DNA from: Azolla caroliniana
Lineage: Eukaryota > Plantae > Polypodiophyta
Direction of reading: 5' to 3'
Length of the DNA stretch: 64,000 bases
Assembly (NCBI GenBank): GCA_043228905.1
Contig: JBHGNT010000022.1
Span: 1,302,001 to 1,366,000 of the forward strand
Part shown: in pieces, positions 1-12,426 of the stretch
How positions within the stretch are numbered: the first letter of the stretch is position 1
How the letters are laid out: each line of letters begins with the position of its first letter
The notes under the pieces: model-generated
The model's database searches: none
What the model was told of the DNA's origin: nothing
The model's input: only the letters and a program-made list of their open reading frames with translations
Translations under genes and position numbers: made by a program

Positions 1-495
1 CTCGATTTTGTTGGCCCCTTTACTTCGACAGCGGCATGTACAGGCAATAAATATATTATAGTGGCCACGGATTATTGCACAAAGTGGGTGGCAGCGAAAG
101 CGTTACAAGACAATACTGCGGCATCTACGGCAAAGTTCCTTTATGAACACATTTGGTGTCATTTCGGTTGCCCAATTGAACTCATAAGCGATCAAGGGAG
201 CCATTTTTTTAATATGGTTATCCACGAACTCACAAACCATTATGCCGTAGTACATAAGAAGAGTATGCCATATTACCCCCAGACGAATGGATTAGCGGAA
301 TCGACGAACAAGACGCTACAGACTATCATGAAAAAGATCGTTAATGAGAATAGAACGGACTGGGACACAAAGCTGCATAGCGCTTTCTAGGCGTACTGAA
401 CAAGTTATAAAACTAGCATACAATCCACTCCCTTCCGACTAGTGTTCGGGTTGGAAGCCGTAATGCCCATTGAATTCCAGGTCCCCAGCTTGCGG
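1..495 (+). pseudogene. Gypsy (Athila/Tat-like) integrase core fragment
   Basis: ORF 61-390 reads ATDYCTKWV...LISDQGSHF...YYPQTNGLAESTNKTL (rve motifs) and continues through stops into AY*TSYKT...TPFRLVFG; truncated near 495. Confidence 0.85.
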
Positions 496-518
496 TCTAG
501 TATTTATTTTTGGTCTAG

Positions 519-800
519 TATTCACACTCGTCAACTTTTTCTTTTTTTTTAAATTTCGACTCGCTCAGTATTCACAGTCATCGACCTATGGATTTTTTAA
601 ATTTTTTTCCAGATATTATTATTATTATTTAAATTCACTTGTAGAATATTCACACTCATCGACCATTGGATTTTTTTAAATTTTGTTTTTATTTCTGTCA
701 CCCGTCAAGTATTCTCACTCTTCGACCTTTGGATTTATTTTTATTTATTTTTAAATTTCACTCGTCCAATATATGCAGTCATCAACCTTTGGATTACTTT
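519..800. repeat. Five degenerate copies of a TATTCACACTCATCGACC(TTTGGATT)-like motif separated by T-rich spacers
   Basis: Copies start near 519, 569, 647, 710 and 770. Confidence 0.6.
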
Positions 801-1569
801 TTTTTGAAATGGACAAATTTCACGCCAACGAACGATTTTTGCAATGACTAAATCTCATAGTTAATTCATGATAACCGAATGATTAGCAGGCTAATCATCC
901 ATGCAATTAAAAGATGATAAGATTAGAAAAATAAAAAACTAAAAGTTAAGGTGAACAAAATGGTTTTTAATTTAATTAAACAAAAGGCTTTTTTTTGTCT
1001 TAATCTCCTCTTTGTTAAGTGGTTTGCCCTACAAGCTTACACAAAGCTCGTTGTTTGCTTCAAGTGTCGGTCTTGTCCTCAACAACCATGCCAAATAGGT
1101 ATATAAGGTCGTGCGCCTCACGGAATACACCTCTATGAATCGATGAAGTCATGCCTTCCATCAATTTCATTTGCTTTGATCTGGACCATCATATACCCTC
1201 TTGACGACAAACCAAGAAAGGGTAGTCGTGAAGTACCCTTGTGCTCCTAACTCACTGAACGATATATGTGATCACTACTTAATATCTCTCACACACTCTC
1301 TTGCTTACCCTCTTAGACTAGTAGAAGATAGAAGAAGAATATTTATATTGCACCCTCTTACTAAAACGTGTAGTTAGCATCAACAAAGAGGAGAGATTAG
1401 CGTATATTAATTATACACTATCGCTAATCTCTCTTTAGCTTATGATTACAAGAACAATCTCTCTCTCTCTCTCTTTCTCTTTAATCATAATTAGCTTACC
1501 CTAGTGGTAAGTTGATAGCACTGCAAGCATTGCATCTTGAGTTGGAAACCCAATTTTCTCACCTCTCTA

Positions 1570-1720
1570 TGTTATACTTGCCACTGTGGGATGTAGGGGT
1601 TGAACCCATCACCACATGGTCTCCATTGGGCAACCTTACCAACTGAGCTACATCCTTCTGGGCAGCTCTTTCTCTCAACCTTACCAATTGAGCTACATCC
1701 TTCTGGGCAGCTCTGTCTCT
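1570..1720 (-). repeat. tRNA-like (SINE-head-like) sequence related to the start of the gypsy LTRs at 16427 and 49087, with a local 45-bp duplication
   Basis: Minus strand 1655-1588 reads GGATGTAGCTCAGTTGGTAAG...GGGTTCAACCCCTACATCCC, with A-box, B-box and pairing ends GGATGTAG/CTACATCC. The plus strand begins TGTTATAC..TGCCAC, like the LTR start TGTCATACACAAGATGCCAC. Confidence 0.65.
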
Positions 1721-2135
1721 CTGTCTGTCTCTAATTTCTCTCATAACCACAATGTGCACTCTCGATTGCAACATTCATTGGTAAAGTTCTTGAACATTGC
1801 TACTCACTTTCACATGTATCACGTGAAAATATAACATTTTTGGTCTCATAGGTCCTATTTGACCTCCGAAGACAATAATCTATCTATCTATCTCTCTCTC
1901 GATCAAGTGATCGGGGTTGCCAGGTCTCCACCGCAGGGAACCGAAAAAGTGACGGCTTTCGTCTTCTCTTTGTCCGCCCAAAACGGAGCCACAAGTGTGA
2001 AACCAAAACCCAAAGACAGAGACTGTTGCCTCCCTTTGTCCATCTCCATCTCCATCGCCATCGCCATCGCCATCACAGAAGTATCTCTGTCTTTTCTGAA
2101 GCCTCTCAGCTTCCGTCTTCTCCATCGCCATCGCT

Positions 2136-5100
2136 ATGCTCCGCTTCGTGCTCCTCCTCCTCCTCCTCCTGCTCCTCCATCTAGCCTCACCGATCACCTC
2201 CACTCAGGTGTGCACTCCTCTCCTTCCAATTTTTCTTTTCTCTGTCTTCTGTCTCCTTGCCCTCGCTTCCGTCCCTTGTTTCTTTGGCGCATCGTTTCTA
2301 GGGTTCAGGTCTGCGTTTTCTTTGTTTAGCTCCTTTATATTTAGTGCAGAGTTCTCCTGCCAAGCTCTGGTGATGTGTCGAGAGTACGAACCATTGCATA
2401 TACATTATGCTTAGGAGAACATAACTGGAGGTTCTGTCCAGTACAGAGTATAGACGACGCATACATTTTGTTTTATTTACTTTATTTGATGCTCGGTGTA
2501 TTCCCGTATATGGGCCAGTAATGCTGTTTAGGAAAGAAAAAAACAAGGTTTTAGTGTCAGAATGTCCAAGTTTGTAATAGTTCAGATCATTATCTTTATA
2601 TGAATAGTGAATGTGTTCCATGTGTATGCGGCATACAATGTTGTGTAGAAAATAGACCAACATGTAATTTTGTAGGTTTCTGTTCCGAAATTCTATCATG
2701 CATATGCGTTAAATAATCTTGTTAAGGGAAAAATGGAATGTTTCTCCGAGTCAGAATATCATTAAATCGACAACATTGATATGCATTAGAGGTTATTGGT
2801 ATGCATTAGAGAGAAAGAAGAATGAACTGAAAGAAAAGAAATCTTTTTGGTGTTATAATATATTAGAATATACATGATTACAGTAGATCTTTACACTATT
2901 TGTCATGACGCTGCATAATAATGTGAATATTTTGATATCAAGATATCTCGGACTATCCAAGATTGTAGTAGACCAGAGCATTAGTGTTAGTATGTCCACA
3001 GAGGTTAATAATATCATGTATGTGGACATATACTGCTTTGTAGGGAAAATGTTAAGTTTTTTCTGTCAGAATAACCTAGAATGTCAAGATTGTTGTGGAT
3101 CAGAATAGATTTGGTACATAGATTTGATATATCATGTATATGGTGAAGAAAACGTTGAGTAGGTCAGAACAATATTTGCTCATAGATGGTTGATGTATCG
3201 TGTTTATGGGACTGATAATGTGTAGTATAGTTTGGAAGACTATTGATAGAAAGATAGTTGATTTTATTGCATATTTTGCTATTTAGGGAAGAGATGAACA
3301 TGTAACTTGTAGGTTTCTGTCTCGTGATATCATGAATTCGTAAGAGTGTAGATTAGATCTCTATTGATACATTGATGGTTGATATGGTTATACATTTGAT
3401 GAGCCTTCATTGACTAGTAAACACTATTTGGACATGGAAGAAGGGGCTTCCAAAAGACACGATATTTCCAAATCCTTTAGAATGTATTGGACCATGGTCA
3501 TATAGGAGGCCATGGTTCAAACCAGCATTCATAGATGATGCTCTTTGGTTAGTATTCATTTTTCTTGATCATCAAATGAAGGGTTCTGTTGAAGAAGGGC
3601 CTTTCAACAATGTCTCTTGTCAAGAAGGAACTGGCCGTTCTTTGCAAATCCATATGAATGTATTGGGCTGTGGTCGTACAGGAGGCCATTTTTCAAACCA
3701 GTATTCATAGGTGATGCTATCTGATTCGTATTCTTTTCTCTTACAGCATGATAGATCTTTGCAAATCCCTCGGAATGTATTTGATTGTGGTTATATATGA
3801 GGCCATCGTTAGAACCAGCATTTTGTAGGTGATGCTATGTGATCAGTATTCCTTTTTTTTACATCATCAGAAATCGTCCAATGAAAAGGTCCTCTTGTTA
3901 ACATCAGCCTATCTTATCTCTGTGGTATGTTCCTTTATAAAGCTGCAACCATATTACAGATTGGGCTTATACAATGTTGTACATATGAATGAAAATCCTT
4001 TTCCTATGTAGTGGTATGACTTGTTCTAGGCTAAGTCTGATGATAACTCTCCTTGGAGATGCTTTATAAATTTTCAATTTACAGTTAGCATTTTGATAGG
4101 ATGAACTGTGTATTTATATCTTCCCCCACACTTTACACATCTGAATAAGGAGGCCACATTGTCTAGTTAATGATCTTCATGATGTTTGTTGACAAATTTT
4201 GTGCTTTTGGATTGTTAAGATGGGCAAAATTCTAGCTACATCTAGTTTTATATTTGGACCTGTTTGTAAATACTGCATGATAATGCTTTGGTATAATCTT
4301 TCTCACTCTCTCTATTTCCTCAAATCATCGATGAAATGAATGTGCTACCTGTGACTTAGAGGTGGGAAAGAGAGCATATCATGCGTTTGAGAATATAGGC
4401 AATTGTGGGAAAACTAAATGTTGGGCCCTCAAGAAATATTGTCTCGACACTTCGGTGACACTTTGATGACACCAGAGCAGTAGCATTCATAAATCTTCAT
4501 GGAAATGAGTTTGAAAATCTCCAATAGCGTTTTTACAAAGTTTGTCGAAGTCAAGAAACAAATGCCATATACTGTCCTATTTGAGATGGGATCACGCCCT
4601 AACCAAGTTTTGGGAACTTAATATACTTTGATACAATACTTTGCCGTTAATCACATTAGACTATGCTTTACACATATCTTTGACCCAACCCAATCCTTGC
4701 ATAAAATTCTCTCAGAGTCATAGTGTGCACTCCAATTGCGACATTCAACAATAAATTTCTTGAACATTGAGAATTGCTAGTCATTTTGACATATATTAGG
4801 TAAAAACACTATGTTTTTGATCTCATAGGTCAGACTTGATCAAATGCTGTTGATTTAATATCTTATGAACAGCTTACTTCTTGTCGATCGAAAGTTGTTT
4901 CTTGCATTTCCAGTTTTTAACTATGTGTTCCATTTTGATCTAGGGTGAGGTGGTCCCAAATGGGCCTTTGCAGCATGATCTTCCGAGCAACATTACTAAA
5001 TGGGAAGTTTTCCCTCAGCTAGGTTTGGAACAGAAAATTTTTAACAGCAGCAGTAGAAGGAACCTCGGGAGTTTCCAAGTTTGTGCACTATGCACATGTT

Positions 5101-5231
5101 GTGGTGAAGGAAGAAGATTTTGCATACCAACTGCATGCTGCTATACAATCACTTGTGGGTCGCCGGATAAGCCCTTTGGATTTTGCTCATTCCAACCTAT
5201 GTCTTGTAATTGCTTAAATTGCCGCATATAA
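2136..5231 (+). CDS. Small secreted cysteine-rich plant protein (DUF7866-like); exons 2136-2207 and 4944-5231, ~119 aa
   Basis: Exon 1 is a signal peptide (MLRFVLLLLLLLLLHLASPITSTQ) ending CAG|GT. Acceptor TAG| at 4943 is in phase. The C-terminus RRNLGSFQVCALCTCC...CCYTITC..PDKPFGFCSFQPMSCNCLNC matches a conserved land-plant family. Extra middle exons are not excluded. Confidence 0.8.
3465..3860. repeat. Three diverged copies of a ~90-bp intronic unit
   Basis: CAAATCC..GAATGTATT..GGAGGCCAT..AACCAG.ATT..TAG.TGATGCT recurs near 3470, 3645 and 3762. Confidence 0.6.
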
Positions 5232-7874
5232 TGTACTCATTTCTTTATATTTTGTTTCCGTTGTCGCATATAATGTTTTGTTTTTCTGCTAAAGCAGAAA
5301 CAATTAAGTCATCATACTCATTGGTGAGATAAAGCCAAGCATGGGTGGATGAGTTAGAAGGCCCTATTAGATGCATTTTGTATAGCAATGCCCTGTTCAC
5401 ACGGTATGCTTTTGATTGGGGCTCTAACTGACATTATTACTCATGAAGATTTGTCATTCTTGACATGTGAATTAGCCCAACATTTGTTTATTGTTCTTTC
5501 ATAGCTAATATTGTATTGTGGTTCACCAAATGTATTGTGATACCTTACGTTTGCCATAAACCTTACTCATTGTTAATTTGTTTATTACTGGACCTTTGAT
5601 GTGGGGATGGCTTTTTCTGGAATGCAGCCATGGTTATTCTTCAATATGTCCAGCATTTGGTTTATTTAGCCTCTCTAGTTTATTTCCGTTTTTTTATCAT
5701 GTCAATGCTTGAAGCATTTGAAAACCCTAATATCAAACTTATGATTCTTACCTTCAGTCTCATTTTGTAAAATATGATTAGCCATGGGGAGATTATCCCT
5801 ACCGTGCTGTAATAGATGTGAATACCATGCATCATGCCTTGTTTGGTCACTTTTCTTGAGCATGTCTTAATCAATCATGATCACTCCAATAGCAACAATT
5901 GGATCTCCCCACTTCATTAAGATATGATTTCTTGTGCAAGGAAGTCAAATTCTCATTAATCCTCTCTTGTTCAAACAAGTTAAAGTCTCACTTTATCCTT
6001 TCTCTTTGTTTGACATAAGGTATGAATGGGGATGGGGCTGATATGCATACAATACAATATAACTTAAACTGTTGTACGAGTTTTGATACTAAACAATGGA
6101 TTGGACTAAAAAGTAAAAGACACAATTGGCCCTATTGTAACATCCAGCAATATTGACTTGTGGTCACAAAGGAAACTAACTCTTTTATATTGAATTGATG
6201 TCGTTGTCTTTGACTAAACATATAAAGTTCGGTTGAGAAAAGGCCTCTAGATAAGTATTCCCTTCAATGTTTAAATTCGATCTCCATCTACACTCCACAC
6301 ACATTTATTCAACAAAGAAAAACCAAAAGATTATAAAAAATTGCATACCAATAGTAGTGATTGAATTCATCATCATATTCTCTACAAATCGCATCATGTG
6401 GATTGTAGATCAACATATATTTGTCATCGACAATAATGTCTATGATATTGGATGTATACGTTTGAATTTTTACCTAAAAAGTTTGACTTTCATAATGCTA
6501 GTGATGTTAAATTTTTTATCGTATGAATAGACTTGCACACTACCCACACACACAAATCCTTATGTCACAAAATCAACAGAAATGTTGTGTTGGAGGAACC
6601 AATATGTATCAAGGCAAATTGGTGGATTTGTTAACAATGGCTTTCTACTTTATGCACACCAACCAATAAGCCAAGATCATATCCTGATTAGAAATATTCT
6701 TTGTTCAATACTTTACACAATAAACATAAATTTTGACCATCTGAACATATTTGCAACAAGTGCTAATAACTTTAAAACTTAAGTATTTCGCCAAATATCA
6801 ATCTATATATAATTGGACTCTTTCATTAGAGACAAAATGGATTCTACTTCTAGTATTAAAATCCACCAAGTATAAGATGTCATCCTATTGTTACCAACTA
6901 CACGACACAAACAAATGTAGGTGATATCAACATAGGTGTGGTGAAGTAGATTGTGCCCAACATGCCTCTAAAAAGATTAGATGTTTTTCAAAGAAAATAC
7001 CTTGGGCTTGAGGTTCCCTCCATTCATGGATGAAATGAATGTTCTTCATGTTTCTTAGACCATGAAAGAGTGTTGATTGTGCATTTGAGAACATATGCAA
7101 TGGTAGAAAAATTAAATGTCGGAATCTCAATAAATACCTCTTTGACACTTCGATAACGCAAGTGTTTTGCTATCGGGTTGAAGTATAGGGTGGTAGCATC
7201 CATAAGTCCACTTGGAAAGAGTTTTCCTATGAAATTTCTCTTAAGTCAACCTACGATAGCGGTGGATGCTCATTCTTAAGACCATACCACTGCCCATTAA
7301 GATCATAGCCATGGAAAAGGTTGTTGAGTACATGTGCAAGATTAAAAGAGCCTTGACATTTTAAGCAAACAAAAATAATATGCATCAAACCATTATGTTG
7401 GTTCCAATACACCTCAAATGCATCAAATGGCAATACACAATACGTAATACGAGTTTGTATCCCCATACATATACGATACATTGATCAAATGGCTTATAAT
7501 TATACTCTCTTTCTCTCCCTATCTTGAGTATGTTGGTTCACATTATTTTGTGAAAACTAAAATCAACTTTCATTATAGCCTTTCTTCATTCAAGTGGCTT
7601 CAATCAGTTCAAGATGCTACGTTAATTTATTTTGCAACGCAAATTATGCTAATAAAATAGGCAAACTAATATATACTCTAATTTTCATGATTAAGATACT
7701 TTGCATACATATATATCATTTTTTAATTTTGTTTAGGCTTGAATTTTATGTAAGGGCATCAACTTCAACTGGGCATGTTGGTACAAGCATACTTTTAGGT
7801 TTGTGTAATCGGATAGCATAAAGCAAGTCAATTGATACTTTTCCTAGTTACAAAGGGCAAGGTAAAGTAACAAT

Positions 7875-8355
7875 TGACAATGGCTCGGTTGAGTTTGAGA
7901 GTGAAAACCGAACCATTTAAAATTTTTGATACTTGAACTGAACCACAAAGCCATTTAAACCGAACTGTTAAGCAATTAAACCGTTAAACTATTACAACCG
8001 AACTTTCATGGTTCAATTTCGATTTTCAACTTAAATCAAAATTTGAAGTTTAAAATTTTAAAAATTATAATTATTTTCAAATTTTAAAGATTTTTCCTAA
8101 AATGTGAGAATTAGGCTTTAAAATGAAAAGGTTATTTAAAAAATATATTTAAGATATTTAAAAACCATCAAACCATTTAAACTGCACTTTGAAACCATTA
8201 AAACCAAACCAAACCAAACCAAACCAAACCTTTCACCGCCCCCCCCCCCAAAACCGAACCGAACCATTAAACAAACTTGAACCTCAATCAAACCGAACCG
8301 AACAGTTAAGCCGTGGTTTCAAGGTTCAATTCGGTTCAAACTGAACCGTTGCTGA
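7875..8355. mobile_element. Probable MITE or non-autonomous DNA transposon relic rich in AACCG/AAACC subterminal motifs
   Basis: Dense AAACCGAACC/GGTTC motifs at both ends around an AT-rich core. The termini are degenerate and no TSD was found. Confidence 0.4.
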
Positions 8356-8777
8356 TTGTTTTCAATTTCACCCACAAACTCTCGCACTATGTTCTGGAGT
8401 TTGGCGAACTTGCCCTTTGGTAGACTTACAAAATCATATCCAAGTTGAACCAAAATTTCTGAATTTTCACCAACAAACTTTTGCAACAAATGTTACGGAA
8501 TAGGGGGCAAACTAGCCCTTGGTGAACTTACAAAATCCATCCCACACTCCAATGATAAAAGTCCACATTTTATTTTATTTTGTCTCCATCTCACCAAGGA
8601 TTAACTAACTTTCCAAGGCTATAGCCATGGGATTATTCAGGCATGGTAGAAGAAGTTCAATATAGTTCATTATACAGACATGGTATGTCCATCCTCACAC
8701 ACACCCCAAGGATTAGCTTTCCAAGGCTAGCCATTAGGATAATCAAGCATTACCGGTAATGCAAGTTCTGCCCATTC

Positions 8778-11110
8778 TCATATAGAGTGGGTCCAATTGG
8801 CTTGGCTTCCTATTCTATGCATACTCTCTCTTCTTTCAAGATCCATGTTCTCCATGTCTACCTTGAATTCTGTCCCTACCAGTTGACCTTGGCTATCCAC
8901 TCTTGGCACAGGTTCAATCTTCTGAAGTGGGTATTCAAAGCTCTGAAGTCCCACATGGCTAGTGAAGAAACAACCTGAGAAAAATATACACCCACCATGT
9001 TTTTTTATTCATTTTTCTACCCCATTCAATACAATACAATACAATGACCAATGTGAATTTGTTTCTGTTTCCTATGCTTGATTCATTTTTCTACTCCATT
9101 CAATTCAATACAATACAATGATCAATGTGAATTTGTTTCTCTGTTTCCTATGTTTGATTCACTTTTCTACTCCATTCAATTCAATACAATACAATGACCA
9201 ATGTGAATTTGTTTCTCTGTTTCCTATGCAATGGCTGAGGACAAAGTTAAACCTAAGAAAAAGGATATCCACCGATCTTTTTGATCCAGCATATGAAGTT
9301 TGTTTATTATTAAGCAATGGCTTAATCAGTGTGGATTAAGCTTTGACTACAGATATTTATCGAGTGATTTACCTGGTGGGAAAGGTGCAAATGATTTGCC
9401 ACATCCTGCTTTTAAAATTTCTGCAGTATCACTAAATGTAAGGCATCCATCTGCTGCAGTTCCCCAGTAGAAAGGAACCTTACCATCCTTGTCCTTCACA
9501 TCTCACAACACAGAATTTAAACTTGAGAAAAAATGGAAAACCAATAAATGCCTAATTAATGAACATTACGGACGTGAGTTATATAATTTATTCATCATTA
9601 CTCAAACTGATTACGGTATGCCATGTGGGAAATATATGAGAAGAAATCATATGAGAAATCAGCTTCTGCTTATTGATTAGCATCTTAATCTTGCTCATCC
9701 ACCATTCAAGATGCAAATCAAAGAGCATACATTACATTGAACAAATGTATAACCACCTGTGTGCAGACATCTCTCTTTTCTATTCTATTATTTTATTCAG
9801 ACTACATCCTACTAATCTACGTATCACCTTGATAGCTCAGATGTTATAGCGTTTGGGGGAAAGTAAAAATCTAGCATTCTAGATGTTTTAGTTAATCCAT
9901 CTTGTTAAAAAAATCAGAGTATAATAATGTTTGCCGAGCTTACCATAGCAACAAAGACATCATTGTTGTTACTGTCGAAAAGAACGAATACAAAACGCCC
10001 TTCAAAATCCTTCACAACTTTGTGAGGTGGGAAAGGACCTCGGTCGCGCAATGTTCGATAGGCTTCGATGACCAACACGACATCTGTTATATTTTTCGCA
10101 AGACCATATTCTTGCCTCAACGTAGGCAAGTTTTCAAGTGTGCCTTCAAAGAGGCAAAATATACCATCCACAGATGCAAAAGACCTGTCAAACAATGAAA
10201 TTAGTATTTTCGGAGAGCTCTTGTCTTTAGATAAAATGGCACAGCAATGGGATTAGATGCCAGCTTCCTATCGATAAAATGGCACTGAACGTGCGATGAG
10301 ATGCAAGTTTTCTTTAGATAAAAAAAAGCACTAAAATGCAATTAGATAGATGTGATCTTTTGTTTTGCCTGATACGAAGCATACAGAATGAAGCACACAT
10401 ACAAAAGCAAATGCTAAATAAGATCAAGGATACGAACTCACCTGATGAAATTCCATTATGATGACAAGATAAAGGATACAGAACCACATGATGAAATACA
10501 TATGCTCACATTACATGATCAAGGATATAGAACCACAAGATTAAATATAAACGATGTGATTAAAAGCATGAGTTCAAATAAATGTGAACTATGATCAGGC
10601 TCATGGAATAACATAACTAAAAACTACTCGAAAGTCCCAATCAAATGCACGATATGTTCAAAATGTGACAGCGGAAAAAGACATAACACTTGACAATGAC
10701 CGCATGAATCCAAAAAAGAATATAATATGGATCCATGTGATTTTCAGTATAAGAGAAAAACATATACCTAGATTCCGAATGATGGATGCATGAGTCTAAA
10801 TGGCATAAACATAGATGTATATGATTTTGAGCATCAGAGAAATATATATAGGGAGAGAGAGAGACAGAGAGACAGAGATTATAAACAATGAGAGTAAGAA
10901 TAAGGCTTGTAACCTTGGCATTAGCAAGGGCTCTTTGTGGTGAGTATAAGCCATCCCACCTTTCGGCAAGAACGCCTGTACAACATCTGGGAAATTCGAC
11001 GCAAAGGATTTGATGATCTCTGAACCTGTTTTTATCTCATCTGTTTGGCCGTTATTACTACTCAGCTCTCTAGGTGCATGAACCACAGATGCATGAAACA
11101 TGGCCAACAT
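8778..11110 (-). CDS. Wali7/TSJT1/aluminium-induced protein-like (DUF3700, Ntn-hydrolase-like); exons 11110-10914, 10184-9944, 9493-9373, 8974-8778; 251 aa
   Basis: MLAMF...LLMPR/SFASVDGIFCLFEG.LENL..LRQEYGL.K...VIEAYRTLRDRGP/VPFYWG.AADG.L.FSD...CGKSFAPFPPG/CFF....LQSFEYP...VPRVDSQG...RIGSQANW. All introns are GT-AG and in phase, total 756 nt. A probable 5'UTR intron lies at ~11150-12125. Confidence 0.92.
9005..9230. repeat. Three ~75-bp tandem units in the last intron of the DUF3700 gene
   Basis: TTCATTTTTCTACTCCATTCAATTCAATACAATACAATGACCAATGTGAATTTGTTTCT..GTTTCCTATG occurs three times. Confidence 0.85.
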
Positions 11111-12177
11111 TGCTGTGGAAGAGAAAGGAACAAATGCCAAAATGCGGATCCTGCAGGATATGAAAAAGGAATTAGTTTAATCCGAGCTCTCTCTAAGTTT
11201 TCCAAGGTTTACATGCCTCAAAAATCCACATCCACAAAGAGGAATTGAAATGCTACTCTCCACGCAGATTTTCTTTCTTTCTTTCTTTCTTTCTTTCATT
11301 TCTGAAGGTTTTTTTTCTGTGTCTGCATAGCTATCTAGTTTACCCCCGAACAGTTAAAATGCCTCTTTTTTTATCTCATGCTCATCAAAATCCTCTCTTT
11401 TCTTCCATTGCCGCAGGTTTTGCAGGCCTGTCTACCTCTCTAAGTTTTTTCCACAGAAAAGAAGTTAAAAAAACGGCCTCTCCCTGCACTCATTTTGGAA
11501 CAGTCCCTTCTTCCCTTTCTCTTCTTCTTTTCTGTTCCTCTTCGCTCATTTTTGCAAGACGGTTTCTTCCTCGCTACTGCTTATTGTATGATCTATTCAA
11601 CAGTTCCAACAAAATTCATTCATTGTTTTGCTTTCATTAATCCTTTTTTCCTGTCTTTCTTAACCGGACCACAATATGGGGAAGATACCATGCAGACTAA
11701 TGACAGAGAAAATGCATATGCATGTACTCTAGGAATACAGAGGTATGATGAAGGTAGGCAAAGGAGACAATCAAAGACGGGAGAAAGAAACTGGCAATAT
11801 ATATCAAAACATGAGATATATAATGGGATGGAGAGAGAGGAGAAAATGTGTCAAGCGCTTGGATTAAGAAATGATGGAGACCATCAGAAGAATGGCGAGG
11901 AAATATAAAGTGATTGAATTAACAAACGATATTGATGAAGATGATGATAAGCAGCAGCAGAAGGGGAAGAAGAAGAAGATGATGAATCATGATGATGATG
12001 ATGATGAGAAAGGATTAAGGATATTACTGATAGAGGATAGAGGATTGAATGATGGAGAAACAGAGGAAAGGAAAGGGCGCGAATGGAATGAATGAGCACG
12101 GCAAACGAATGGGTCGGAGCTTACCTGAGGCAGAGACACGCAGAAGAATACGACACAGATCGATCCCGCACAGCTTT

Positions 12178-12426
12178 GAGAGAGAGACAGAGACAGAGAC
12201 AGAGACAGAGAAAGTAAAGAGAACGAAGAAGAAGAAGAAGAAGAAGAAGAAAAGGTGGAAGAAGAAGAAGAAGAAGAGAGACACAGAGAGCAAGTAAAGA
12301 GAAAGAGAAAGAAGAAGAAGAAGAAGAAGAAGAGAGACACAGAGAGCAAGTAAAGAGAAAGAAGAAGAAGAAGAAGAAGAAGAAGAAGAGAAGGAGGAAG
12401 AAGAAGAGGAGGAGGAGGAGGAGGAG
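12178..12426. repeat. (GA)n/(GAGACA)n/(GAA)n/(GGA)n microsatellite block, likely in the 5'UTR exon of the DUF3700 gene
   Basis: Directly visible simple repeats just upstream (on the minus strand) of the CAG|GTAAG donor at ~12125. Confidence 0.8.

Noticed and set aside
1588-1655. Functional tRNA gene
   Set aside because: A/B boxes are present, but the D, anticodon and T arms do not fold canonically, and the sequence matches an LTR-borne repeat.
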